From the NCBI GenBank assembly GCA_041645535.1, contig JBAZPT010000002.1, positions 77,605-141,604 on the forward strand: 64,000 bases of DNA, in the 5' to 3' direction. This stretch comes from Parcubacteria group bacterium. Its GTDB lineage: Bacteria; Patescibacteriota; Minisyncoccia; Moranbacterales; UBA2206. Positions 51,118 to 59,784 of the stretch are shown in pieces. Position 1 is the stretch's first letter. Each line of letters opens with the position of its first letter. The notes beneath the pieces are model-generated. The model saw nothing but the letters and a program-made list of their open reading frames with translations, searched no databases and was not told the origin of the DNA. A program made the position numbers and the translations under genes.

Positions 51118-51381
51118 TATCCTGTGGATAAAGCCGTTTTTTTGTTACTATGCCGGTGCCTTACCCCTGCCTTACCTGTTATTTAACTGTCCTTGCTTTT
51201 GCATTATATTTTTTCCAAAATTATTTCAACCTGTCGTCCTCCATTAAACACCTCTCTTATCCACATGTTGTCCCCTAAAATATTTACCTCTAATGCTTTA
51301 TTTGCCATAACTTAACCCCCTAATCTCTCTTTTTCTTTTCCCCATATAATAATAGTTGCTTATAAATATTTATATAATATT
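51118..51381. promoter_or_regulatory. candidate oriC (dnaA-dnaN spacer)
   Basis: Perfect DnaA boxes at 51123-51131 (TGTGGATAA) and 51257-51265 (TTATCCACA). An AT-rich run at about 51340-51381 follows. Gene orientation diverges around this locus. Confidence 0.6.
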
Positions 51382-52536
51382 ATGAAATTAATATGTACTC
51401 AGGAAAATTTTAAAAAGGCTATTTTTAATTCGGAGCGGGTTGTGGCTAAACAAACAACCTTGCCGATTTTAAATAACATCCTTATAGAGGCGGATAAGAA
51501 GGGATTATCCTTTTCAGCCACAAATTTGGAAATGGGAGCAGTTGTGAACATTGGAGCTAAAGTGGAAAAAGAGGGTAAAATCACCCTACCGGCGAAATTA
51601 TTAAGTAATTTCGTGAATAATTTGCTATTAGGGGAAAATATCGAAATAGAGGGGCATGATCAAGCGCTTAAGATAAAAAGTGGCGGAAGCAAAGCCTTAA
51701 TTAAGGGTTTGCCGGCCACAGATTTCCCCTTAATTCCAAAGAAGAAAAGCGAACCGCAGCTGCAAATAGAGGGCGAAAAAATGGCCTTAATTATAAAAAA
51801 AGTGGTTTCCGCGGTGGCCTTGAATGAAACCAGACAGGAATTAACCGGGGTAAATGTGCTTTTTGGCGAAAAAGAGCTGTTTTTTGCGGCCACAGACAGT
51901 TTTCGGTTGACAGAATACAGGTTGGCCATTTCGGAAAAAAACAGAAACAAAGAGCTTTATCAAGCCTTAATTTCTAAAAAAGAAAGCGTTATTATTCCGG
52001 CGGTTACTTTATTGGAGGTGGGACGGATTATCACCGAGGACGACACAATAGTGAAAATAACCATTGAGGAGGGGCAAGTTTTTTTTGAAGTAAACGGAAC
52101 AACGCTGGTTTCCCGCCTGATTAATGGAAAATATCCGGATTATAAGCACATAATGCCCAAAGATTTCAAAACTAGGATGGTAGGAGAAAAAAGCGGACTC
52201 CAGGGGGCGATTAAAATGGCGAGTATTTTTGCCAGCGGGAAGACTAGTGAGATCAGGCTAAAAACTGACCAGAGGAAAAAGATTATTTCAATTGAGGCCA
52301 GGAGCGTTGAGATTGGGGAAAATGTTTCAGAGCTCAAATTAGACATCACAGGAGAAGATCAGGATATTGTTTTTAACTCGCGCTATCTTTTAGATGGAAT
52401 AAGCACTATTGAAACCTCGCAGGTGGCCATTTTGGCAAACAGTGGAACCGCGCCGGTGGCGCTCAAGGAGATCGATGAAAAAACCGGCGAGGTACTGGAG
52501 GATTATATTTATATCGTAATGCCGATAAAGAATTAA
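51382..52536 (+). CDS. dnaN: DNA polymerase III beta sliding clamp
   Basis: 384 aa, directly after dnaA; LPILNNILIEA, ATDSFRL. Confidence 0.9.
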   Translation: MKLICTQENFKKAIFNSERVVAKQTTLPILNNILIEADKKGLSFSATNLEMGAVVNIGAKVEKEGKITLPAKLLSNFVNNLLLGENIEIEGHDQALKIKSGGSKALIKGLPATDFPLIPKKKSEPQLQIEGEKMALIIKKVVSAVALNETRQELTGVNVLFGEKELFFAATDSFRLTEYRLAISEKNRNKELYQALISKKESVIIPAVTLLEVGRIITEDDTIVKITIEEGQVFFEVNGTTLVSRLINGKYPDYKHIMPKDFKTRMVGEKSGLQGAIKMASIFASGKTSEIRLKTDQRKKIISIEARSVEIGENVSELKLDITGEDQDIVFNSRYLLDGISTIETSQVAILANSGTAPVALKEIDEKTGEVLEDYIYIVMPIKN

Positions 52537-52538
52537 AC

Positions 52539-53483
52539 ATGCCAGAAACCAAAACATACCCGTTGATAATTATTGGCGCCGGGCCGGCGGGGCTGGCGGC
52601 TTCAATTTATGCTTCGCGCTATGGCGTGGAGCATATTATTATCGGCGAACTCTTGGGCGGGCTGATTGCCGAAACGCACTTGATTGATAATTATCCGGGC
52701 ATTGAAGACGCGAGCGGTTTTGATTTTTCGCAAAAACTGGCGCGTCACGCGCAAAAATACGGCGTGGAAATCCGGCCGGCGCGGGTTAAAAATATTCAGA
52801 AAACAGATTTTGAATTTGAACTGGAAATTGAAAGGAAAGAATCCGCCGGCCGGCGGATAAAAAGCTCGGCAGTTTTATTGGCCACCGGAACTAAGCACAG
52901 GAAATTAAATATTCCGGGGGAAGTTGAGTTTTTAGGCAAAGGCGTGTCTTATTGCGCGGCCTGCGACGGCTTTTTTTATAAAAATAAAACCGTGGCGGTA
53001 GTCGGCGGGAACGACAGCGCGGCCGGCGCGGCGGTATATCTCGCAGGCATTGCCGAAAAAGTATATTTAATTTATCGCCGCGGCAAATTGCGCGCCGAAC
53101 CATTCTGGATAAATTTAATTGAAAAAAATCCCAAAGTCGAAGTAATTTATAACACAAATATTTTGGAAATTTTAGGCGCGGAAAAATTGCAAAAAGTAAA
53201 ACTCGATAAAATATACAAAAAGGCAGAAACACTCAATATCGGCGGGCTTTTTATTGAAGCCGGATCGGTGCCAAATCTTAATTTTGCCGCCGATTTAAAA
53301 TTGGAAACAGATGAGGAGGGTTATATAAAAATAAATCCGGACGCGGCTACAAACATTGCGGGCGTGTGGGCGGCGGGCGACATTACGGACGGTTCGGACA
53401 AATTCCGGCAGGTGATCACCGCCTGCGCTGAAGGAGCCATTGCCGCGCGGAGCATCTATAATTATTTGGAGAAAAATAAATAG
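52539..53483 (+). CDS. trxB: thioredoxin-disulfide reductase
   Basis: IIIGAGPAGLAASIYASR, redox CAACDG, VVGGNDSAAGAAVYL, GVWAAGD. Confidence 0.9.
   Translation: MPETKTYPLIIIGAGPAGLAASIYASRYGVEHIIIGELLGGLIAETHLIDNYPGIEDASGFDFSQKLARHAQKYGVEIRPARVKNIQKTDFEFELEIERKESAGRRIKSSAVLLATGTKHRKLNIPGEVEFLGKGVSYCAACDGFFYKNKTVAVVGGNDSAAGAAVYLAGIAEKVYLIYRRGKLRAEPFWINLIEKNPKVEVIYNTNILEILGAEKLQKVKLDKIYKKAETLNIGGLFIEAGSVPNLNFAADLKLETDEEGYIKINPDAATNIAGVWAAGDITDGSDKFRQVITACAEGAIAARSIYNYLEKNK
52842..52857. repeat. perfect 16-nt palindrome TCCGCCGGCCGGCGGA inside trxB
   Basis: Exact self-complementary 16-mer, the same motif as 22429-22444 and 9964-9977. Confidence 0.7.
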
Positions 53484-53485
53484 CC

Positions 53486-53779
53486 GTGAAATCAATCAAG
53501 AGCCTTCTTAGTAAAAAAATGAGCGGGGCGAAGATTTCGCGCCAAGCGACTTTTACCGAAAAAGATATTTTTTATGTTTTTAAAAAAATCATTCAGGAGG
53601 AATTCGGCAATGTCGGCGCCGCGAAACTGAAACCGGATTATTTCGGCAAAAATATTTTGCACATCAAATCCGAAAGCTCGGCCTGGGCTTCAGAACTCTG
53701 GCTGAATAAAAACCTGATTCTGCGCAAACTCAAAAAAGAACTGGGGGGAGAAGCAGTGAAGGAGATTAAACTGAAATAG
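53486..53779 (+). CDS. DUF721/DciA-like protein
   Basis: 97 aa, GTG start, in the typical position after dnaN; SESSAWASELWLNKNLILRKLKKELG. Confidence 0.6.
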   Translation: MKSIKSLLSKKMSGAKISRQATFTEKDIFYVFKKIIQEEFGNVGAAKLKPDYFGKNILHIKSESSAWASELWLNKNLILRKLKKELGGEAVKEIKLK

Positions 53780-53818
53780 GGTTTTGATTTGCAGGCTTTT
53801 TTGGCGTAAGATAAAAAT

Positions 53819-54190
53819 ATGGCTCAAAAAATAGAAAATTGGCAATTCCCCATCGAGGGAATAGGTGGGAAAAACAATAAGGATTATTCGGTATTTTTAG
53901 AACAGGCCGAAAAGGAAAAGAGAAGTAAGGAGGATATTATTGATAGAATTAAGGAAAGGACTAAATTTTTAGAAATCGAGGAGGCCAAACTCGCCATTCT
54001 GGAAGAGAACCCCGCTTCCAACGCCAAAAAAATAGAGGAACAGCAAAAATTAGTTGATAATATCAACGATGAGGTCATGGAGCTTAGCAAGAAAATATCT
54101 GGAATGGATGAGAAAGCGGAGCTGTATTTTGAAGGCGACGAGGAAGCGATAGAAAAACTGGAAAGATTTAAACCTGAAATTGAAAACTAA
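53819..54190 (+). CDS. hypothetical coiled-coil protein (123 aa)
   Basis: ORF with Glu/Lys-rich heptad-like sequence. Confidence 0.45.
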   Translation: MAQKIENWQFPIEGIGGKNNKDYSVFLEQAEKEKRSKEDIIDRIKERTKFLEIEEAKLAILEENPASNAKKIEEQQKLVDNINDEVMELSKKISGMDEKAELYFEGDEEAIEKLERFKPEIEN

Positions 54191-54377
54191 AGAAATGCAG
54201 CCGGTTAAATAAGTAATTAATTACATACATCATGAGCGTTCACAAAAAACACTTGTGGTGAGCGAAGTCGAACCATGGCGAACAAAAAATCCAACGAAAC
54301 AGGTGTGCCGATTAAGTATTGGAAAAAAAATGAAAAATGCCTAAAATAAGCCATATCTTAAGTTTTAACAATGCTAA

Positions 54378-54449
54378 AATCGTGAAAAATAGGTAGTTTT
54401 GTGGTTATTTTCACGATTATATTGACAAAATCGTGAAATGGTGTATAAT
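54378..54449 (+). promoter_or_regulatory. fic promoter with three AATCGTGAAA operator-like repeats
   Basis: 11-bp perfect inverted repeat AATCGTGAAAA (54378-54388) / TTTTCACGATT (54408-54418). A third copy AAATCGTGAAAT (54428-54439) lies in the spacer between TTGACA (54422-54427) and TATAAT (54444-54449). The ATG is 8 nt after the -10. Confidence 0.6.
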
Positions 54450-54457
54450 GGTAATAT

Positions 54458-55330
54458 ATGGCAAAAATACTTAATGTTTTCAACAAAATAAACTCTTTGC
54501 GAGAGAGATATTATGAGGCGTCCATCGGAAAAGAAGCCCTTATTAAACTTATCTCTGAAACCGAGGTGGCCGAACAAGTCTATAACTCAAATGCTATAGA
54601 AAACAGCACGCTAACTCTTGAAGAAACGGAAAAAATACTTTTGCAGATTGATCTGGATCGATACATAAATGAACGGGAGATTTTTGAAGCCAAAAACTTG
54701 GCGCGGGTTGTGTCATATATTGACAAGCGGGCCAAAGAAAAAGAACTTACTCTCGAGGTAGTTTTGTTTTTGCATAAAATGTTGATTTCCAACATCCGTG
54801 ATGAAATTGCCGGAAGATTCAGAAGGGATAATGAATTTGTGCGCGTGGGAAATTATATCGCTCCCAACCCTAAAGAAGTAACCGGGCTTTTGGAAAAAAT
54901 GCTGGTGGAATATAATGCCGCGAGCCATGAAAATATCATTAAGCGGATAGCCAGGTTGCATTTGACGTTTGAACACATCCACCCGTTTTGCGATGGCAAT
55001 GGACGCATCGGCCGGGTGATTAATAATTATTTATTGATCCGGGAAGGTTTCGTTCCCATAAACATAAAGTTTATTGACAGAAAAAAATATTACGAAGCGT
55101 TCAGGGAATTTGACGGGAAAGGCGCGACTGCAATCATGGAAGAAATGGTGGGCAAGGCTCTGACTAATAGTTATTATAAAAGACTGGCATACCTCGAAGG
55201 CAAAAAAATCATTACGCTAGCTGAACATGCGAAAGCAAACAAGCTCTCACATTCAAATCTGATCAATAAGGCCAACCGGCAGACAATCGAGGCTTTTTTG
55301 GAAAAAGGCGTCTGGAAAATCGGGGTATAA
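54458..55330 (+). CDS. fic: Fic/DOC-family protein (AMPylase-type), class II with N-terminal inhibitory motif
   Basis: Active site HPFCDGNGRIGR. N-terminal SNAIEN matches the [ST]xxxE[GN] inhibitory-helix motif. Confidence 0.85.
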   Translation: MAKILNVFNKINSLRERYYEASIGKEALIKLISETEVAEQVYNSNAIENSTLTLEETEKILLQIDLDRYINEREIFEAKNLARVVSYIDKRAKEKELTLEVVLFLHKMLISNIRDEIAGRFRRDNEFVRVGNYIAPNPKEVTGLLEKMLVEYNAASHENIIKRIARLHLTFEHIHPFCDGNGRIGRVINNYLLIREGFVPINIKFIDRKKYYEAFREFDGKGATAIMEEMVGKALTNSYYKRLAYLEGKKIITLAEHAKANKLSHSNLINKANRQTIEAFLEKGVWKIGV

Positions 55331-55376
55331 AAGTTATTATAAATAGGCGGTGCTACGCAGCAAGTCGAGTAACAAT

Positions 55377-55691
55377 ATGGACAAAAAAATCATCAAACAC
55401 GCTTTTCTTTTGGCGTTGGGCGAGGGGGTCTACATAACTCTAGTCGCGCTCCTGATGTTTGGTATCCAGAAACTGTTCGGCGCGAAGCCCGATCCCGTTA
55501 TCGTTGCTCCAATCGCTTTCCTTCTGCTCTTCGTCATTTCCGCTGCAATTTCGGGAGCTTTGATTTTGGGGAGACCCGTTATGCTGTATCTGGACGGCAA
55601 GAAAAAAGACGCGCTCCAGCTTTTTGGATTCATATTGCTCTGGTTGATTTTATTTTTGGCCGTAGCGTTTTTGATTGTGGCTAGTAAGTAA
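55377..55691 (+). CDS. small three-TM membrane protein (copy 1)
   Basis: MDKKIIKHAFLLALGEGVYITLVALLMFG.... About 260 nt are nearly identical to 58975-59228. Confidence 0.6.
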   Translation: MDKKIIKHAFLLALGEGVYITLVALLMFGIQKLFGAKPDPVIVAPIAFLLLFVISAAISGALILGRPVMLYLDGKKKDALQLFGFILLWLILFLAVAFLIVASK

Positions 55692-55794
55692 TATGCTACG
55701 TAATAAAATTAAATGAGCAGAAAAAAAAGGAAGAATATTTTCAGTCTAAAGCTTGTTTATATTACTATTGCTAATATAAACAAAAGAGGCCAAA

Positions 55795-56325
55795 ATGTTT
55801 ATATTGAATGAAATTCTTGATGAGGATTTTAAGTATGCCCGGGGAAAAAGTAAATTTATGATAAAAACTAAAAAAGAAATCGTTATATTTCAGTCAAAAA
55901 CCGGAGCGATTGAGCTTAGGGGTGATTTTAGCCGTGAAACGATTTGGGCCAATCTTGATCAGATTGCAGGCTTGTTTGACCGCGATAAATCAGTGATTTC
56001 AAGACATATAAAGAACATATTTAACGAAGGCGAGTTAAGGCGAAATTCAGTTGTTGCATTTTTTGCAACAACTGCTGCTGACGGAAAAACATATAAAGTC
56101 GAGTATTTTAATCTGGATGTAATTCTTTCAGTCGGGTATCGAGTGAATTCTAAGAAAGCAACCATATTTCGCCAATGGGCTACCAAAATTTTGCGCGAGC
56201 ATATCACCAAGGGATACACCGTTAACCGCAAGCAAATCGCGAAAAACTACGACGCCTTTATGAAGGCCGTCACGGATGTGCAAACGCTTTTGCGTTTCTT
56301 TGGTTTTTACGCAAGACAAAATTAA
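55795..56325 (+). pseudogene. RhuM-family protein, C-terminally truncated
   Basis: IVIFQSKTGAIELRGD...VEYFNLDVILSVGYRVNSKKATIFRQWATKILREHITKGY. 176 aa, against 353 aa for the full-length homolog at 57005. Confidence 0.6.
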
Positions 56326-56459
56326 AAACAATGAGAAATATCAATCCAAACGCGCTTACAGCTATCACGCTTTTGATTGCTGAGAGCAATCCAAAGAAGA
56401 AAGATTTAATGACTGGTCTGGTGGTAAAAATGCTAAAATAAATTCTAGGGCTGGGGATA

Positions 56460-56570
56460 GAGAGGCTCGCGATGGCGGGCGGGGCTAGTAAGTAATATGC
56501 TATGCCATGACGAAGTTTTAACGAAGTCTGGTTACGTAGCAGGTTACGTAGCAAAATCAGAAAATTGTGG
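56460..56570. repeat. solo copy (R1) of the GC-rich end + displaced gene tail + GGTTACGTAGCA repeats
   Basis: GAGAGGCTCGCGATGGCGGGCGGGG joined to CTAGTAAGTAATATGCT...GGTTACGTAGCAGGTTACGTAGCAAAAT. Matches 59637-59661 plus 59699-59784. Confidence 0.75.
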
Positions 56571-56641
56571 AAAGAAAAATAGAAAGTAGTCATCAAGCGC
56601 GTCCGCGGGGGAGTTTTAATTAAAGATTGGAAAAAATAAAA

Positions 56642-56687
56642 TTATCCACAGGGCGGGGATTGACGAAGAGCATGTTAGTGATATAAT
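56642..56687 (+). promoter_or_regulatory. perfect DnaA box next to an extended -10 promoter
   Basis: TTATCCACA (56642-56650), TTGACG (56660-56665), 16 nt, TGATATAAT (56679-56687). Confidence 0.5.
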
Positions 56688-56714
56688 ATCACTATAAATA
56701 ACTTTAAAAAATTT

Positions 56715-56990
56715 ATGGTTAAGGAGATTGTGATAAGTTCACTGAATAAAGATTTCGAAAGTATCAAAAAAGTCGATAAAACTGGCATAGAATATTGGGA
56801 AGCTCGGGAGCTGATGCCTCTTTTGGGTTATCCAAATTGGCAAAAAGCAGAAGATGTTATCGCCAGGGCTGCTAGGGCTTGTATCAATAGCGGCCAGGCT
56901 GTGGATAACCATTTTAACCGGTCGGTGAAAATGGTCGATATCGGCTCAAATACGGTGCGCGAAGTCAGGGATTGGAAAAGTATTTTATAA
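56715..56990 (+). pseudogene. DinD/Bro-N-like protein fragment (N-terminal ~90 aa only)
   Basis: IEYWEARELMPLLGYPNWQKAEDVIARAARACINSGQAVDNHF. It ends abruptly before the RhuM gene. Confidence 0.5.
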
Positions 56991-57004
56991 TTTAAAAAAT
57001 AATT

Positions 57005-58066
57005 ATGAAAAAAAAGAATCAAGTTATTCCAAATAACAGCTTTACCGAGTTTTTACTTTATACTACTCCAAATGGGAAGGTGAAAGTTGAGATTTTTTTG
57101 CGCGATGAAAATATCTGGTTGACTCAAGATAAGATAGCACTTCTATTTGGGGTTCAAAGGCCAGCTATTACCAAGCATTTGAAAAATATATTTGAAAGCG
57201 GAGAATTAGACGAAAAAGTGGTTAGTTCCATTTTGGAACATACCACTATCCATGGAGCTATAGCTGAAAAAACACAAAATCAGTCTGTAAAATTTTATAA
57301 TCTCGATGCTATTCTTTCTGTCGGCTATCGGGTCAATAGCGCGCAAGCCACGCAGTTTCGTATTTGGGCGACCGAAAGATTAAAAGAATATATTATCAAG
57401 GGCTTTACGATGGATGACGAACGATTAAAAAATCCCAATACAATTTTCGGCAAGGATTATTTTGAAGAACAACTTGCGAGAATTAGGGATATTCGTTCCA
57501 GCGAAAGACGAATGTATCAAAAGATAACGGATATTTACGCGCAGTGCAGCGCGGATTATTCTTCAAATAGCGATATTACCAAAGATTTTTTTGCGACAGT
57601 CCAAAATAAGCTCCATTTCGCCATTACCGGTAAAACTGCCGCGGAAATAATATCCGAAAGAGTGAGTAGCGCAAAACCAAATATGGGACTGACGGTTTGG
57701 AAAAATTCTCCAAAAGGCGCGATTCGGGAAACTGATGTGGTGATTGCGAAAAACTATTTGAATGAAAACGAGTTGGATGAATTAAACAGGATAGTTGAAA
57801 TGTATTTGGTGTTCGCGGAAAGTCAGGCGCGCAGAGGCAAAATAATGCATATGAAAGACTGGGTTAAAAAATTAGACAGTTTTTTGCGATTTAGCGAGAA
57901 TACGATTTTGCAAGATTTGGGAAAAGTGAGTCATGAAGTTGCCGAGTCATTGGCATTGGAAGAATATGAAAAATATCGCGTGGAGCAAAACAAAAATTAC
58001 ATTTCCGATTTTGACAGAGAGGTGAAGAGGATTTTGAAGATGGGAAAAAAGAAAGGGAAGAAATAG
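57005..58066 (+). CDS. RhuM-family protein (full length)
   Basis: 353 aa; VKFYNLDAILSVGYRVNSAQATQFRIWATERLKEYIIKGF. Confidence 0.8.
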   Translation: MKKKNQVIPNNSFTEFLLYTTPNGKVKVEIFLRDENIWLTQDKIALLFGVQRPAITKHLKNIFESGELDEKVVSSILEHTTIHGAIAEKTQNQSVKFYNLDAILSVGYRVNSAQATQFRIWATERLKEYIIKGFTMDDERLKNPNTIFGKDYFEEQLARIRDIRSSERRMYQKITDIYAQCSADYSSNSDITKDFFATVQNKLHFAITGKTAAEIISERVSSAKPNMGLTVWKNSPKGAIRETDVVIAKNYLNENELDELNRIVEMYLVFAESQARRGKIMHMKDWVKKLDSFLRFSENTILQDLGKVSHEVAESLALEEYEKYRVEQNKNYISDFDREVKRILKMGKKKGKK

Positions 58067-58119
58067 TATATTTTTCCAAACAGGCTAATATTGCTTGCTA
58101 CCCGAAGCATAATAGAAAG

Positions 58120-58144
58120 AAACCTCTTTTTGAGAGGTTTTTGC
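58120..58144 (+). terminator. rho-independent terminator
   Basis: AAACCTCT-ttttg-AGAGGTTT followed by TTG. Confidence 0.6.
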
Positions 58145-58243
58145 GTTTGCTGGCTTGAATAATTGCTTATTTAGTGATAATATAAGGATATTAAGCTGGA
58201 AACTCGAAGTATGTAATTTAGTATGTAATAAAAAAGTAAATTT

Positions 58244-58861
58244 ATGATAACGCCGTCCGCCATTATTCTCATTGTTGTCAATTTTATTCCTCTAGTCGGA
58301 GTCTTGTTTTTTGGCTGGAGCCTATTTGCAATTTTATTCCTCTATTGGCTAGAAAATTGGGTAGTCGGTCTTTTCAATGTTTTCCGTATGGCAAAGGCCC
58401 AAGGGACAACAGTAAGGACTAATACGGAGATTAACAATGTGCTAGCCAACAAATACAGCAAAGTCACACTCATCCCATTTTTCATCCTGCACTATGGAAT
58501 GTTCACGCTTATTCACGGGGTCTTTGTTTTTGCTGTATTCGGACCGCCGGATATTCCTTTTTGGAGCATGATAACTGCCGGAGCGTCACTTTTTGTGAGT
58601 CACACGGTTTCATACTTTTCCAATTTCATTGGCAAGGGCGAATACAAAAATATTTCACCCGACGCTCTTTTCGGCCAGCCCTATAAAAGAATAGTAATTA
58701 TGCATCTCACGATTCTGGCCGGCGGTTTTCTGGTGAAAGGTCTCGGGGCGCCAATCATGGCTTTGGTAGTCATGATAATTCTTAAAACCGCCATTGACCT
58801 CTTTTCCCATTTTAAAGAACACGAAAAGTTTCAGTGGAATGTTGAAATCGGGCAGATCTAA
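58244..58861 (+). CDS. polytopic membrane protein (205 aa), unknown function
   Basis: ORF with about 6 TM helices. Confidence 0.55.
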   Translation: MITPSAIILIVVNFIPLVGVLFFGWSLFAILFLYWLENWVVGLFNVFRMAKAQGTTVRTNTEINNVLANKYSKVTLIPFFILHYGMFTLIHGVFVFAVFGPPDIPFWSMITAGASLFVSHTVSYFSNFIGKGEYKNISPDALFGQPYKRIVIMHLTILAGGFLVKGLGAPIMALVVMIILKTAIDLFSHFKEHEKFQWNVEIGQI

Positions 58862-58974
58862 AATTCAGGCACTACTTTTCAGCTCTCATCGGGCTGTTTT
58901 TTTATTTAATTCCATTCCCTCGATTTTTTGATTTTTAGCCGGTTTGGGCGTAGAATTAAGGCAAGATCAACAAT

Positions 58975-59289
58975 ATGGACAAAAAAATCATCAAACACGC
59001 TTTTCTTTTGGCGCTGGGCGAGGGGGTCTACATAACTCTAGTCGCGCTCCTGATGTTTGGTATCCAGAAACTGTTCGGCGCGAAGCCTGATCCCGTCATC
59101 ATTGCTCCGATCGCTTTCCTTCTGCTCTTCGTCATTTCCGCTGCAATTTCGGGAGCTTTGATTTTGGGGAGACCCGTGATGCTGTATCTGGACGGCAAGA
59201 AAAAAGACGCGCTCCAGCTTTTTGGATTTATTTTGATGTGGTTAGTATTATTCTTAGCTATAGCATTTTTAATCATTATTAGATATTAA
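58975..59289 (+). CDS. small three-TM membrane protein (copy 2) with recoded 3' end
   Basis: Nearly identical to copy 1 up to 59228. From there the protein is conserved (LMWLVLFLAIAFLIIIRY versus LLWLILFLAVAFLIVASK) but the nucleotides diverge strongly. Confidence 0.6.
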   Translation: MDKKIIKHAFLLALGEGVYITLVALLMFGIQKLFGAKPDPVIIAPIAFLLLFVISAAISGALILGRPVMLYLDGKKKDALQLFGFILMWLVLFLAIAFLIIIRY

Positions 59290-59661
59290 GCAATGATAAT
59301 AAATTTTGGCCTGCCCGCCCGCCTCGCCTGAGCGAGCCCAAAAAATATGTATTATACTTACGTTTTAAAAAGTAAAGTAGATAATGATTTGTATGTTGGT
59401 TTTACGAACGACTTGAAATTAAGATTTAAACAACATAATAATGGCAAGGTTGAATCTACGAAAAGACGGAAGCCATTTGATATAATATATTATGAAGCTT
59501 GCTTGGATAAACAAGATGCCATTAAAAGAGAGAAGTATTTTAAAACAGGATTTGGGCGAAGATTTCTTAATAACAGGTTGGAAATGTATTTTAAATAAGG
59601 CTCAGGCTCGCGACCTGTCCGACACTCGAGTTAAATGAGAGGCTCGCGATGGCGGGCGGGG
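59229..59661 (+). mobile_element. GIY-YIG cassette bounded by GC-rich imperfect inverted repeats, inserted near the 3' end of the small membrane gene
   Basis: Left repeat CTGCCCGCCCGCCTCGCCTGAGCGAGCC (59311-59338); right repeat GAGAGGCTCGCGATGGCGGGCGGGG (59637-59661). The displaced original gene tail lies at 59662-59709. Confidence 0.55.
59347..59598 (+). CDS. GIY-YIG nuclease-domain protein (83 aa)
   Basis: YYTYVLKSKVDNDLYVGFTNDLKLRFKQHN...REKYFK. Paralog of 28948-29217. Confidence 0.8.
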   Translation: MYYTYVLKSKVDNDLYVGFTNDLKLRFKQHNNGKVESTKRRKPFDIIYYEACLDKQDAIKREKYFKTGFGRRFLNNRLEMYFK

Positions 59662-59784
59662 TTGATATTGTTCCTGATCATCGCGTTTATCATTGTGGCT
59701 AGTAAGTAATATGCTTTGCCATGACGGAGTTTTAACGAAGTCTGGTTACGTAGCAAGTTACGTAGCAAAATTAGGAAATTGTGG
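59637..59784. repeat. repeat R2 (GC-rich end, displaced gene tail, GGTTACGTAGCA tandem)
   Basis: See R1. It contains an extra 37 nt (59662-59698) encoding the original ...LILFLIIAFIIVASK tail. Confidence 0.75.

Noticed and set aside
56270-56596. Minus-strand ORFs 56270-56596 and 59631-59819 that share the peptide FHNFLILLRNLLRNQTSLKLRHG.
   Set aside because: The shared peptide is simply the translation of repeat R1/R2. There are no start signals, and the frames cross repeat boundaries.
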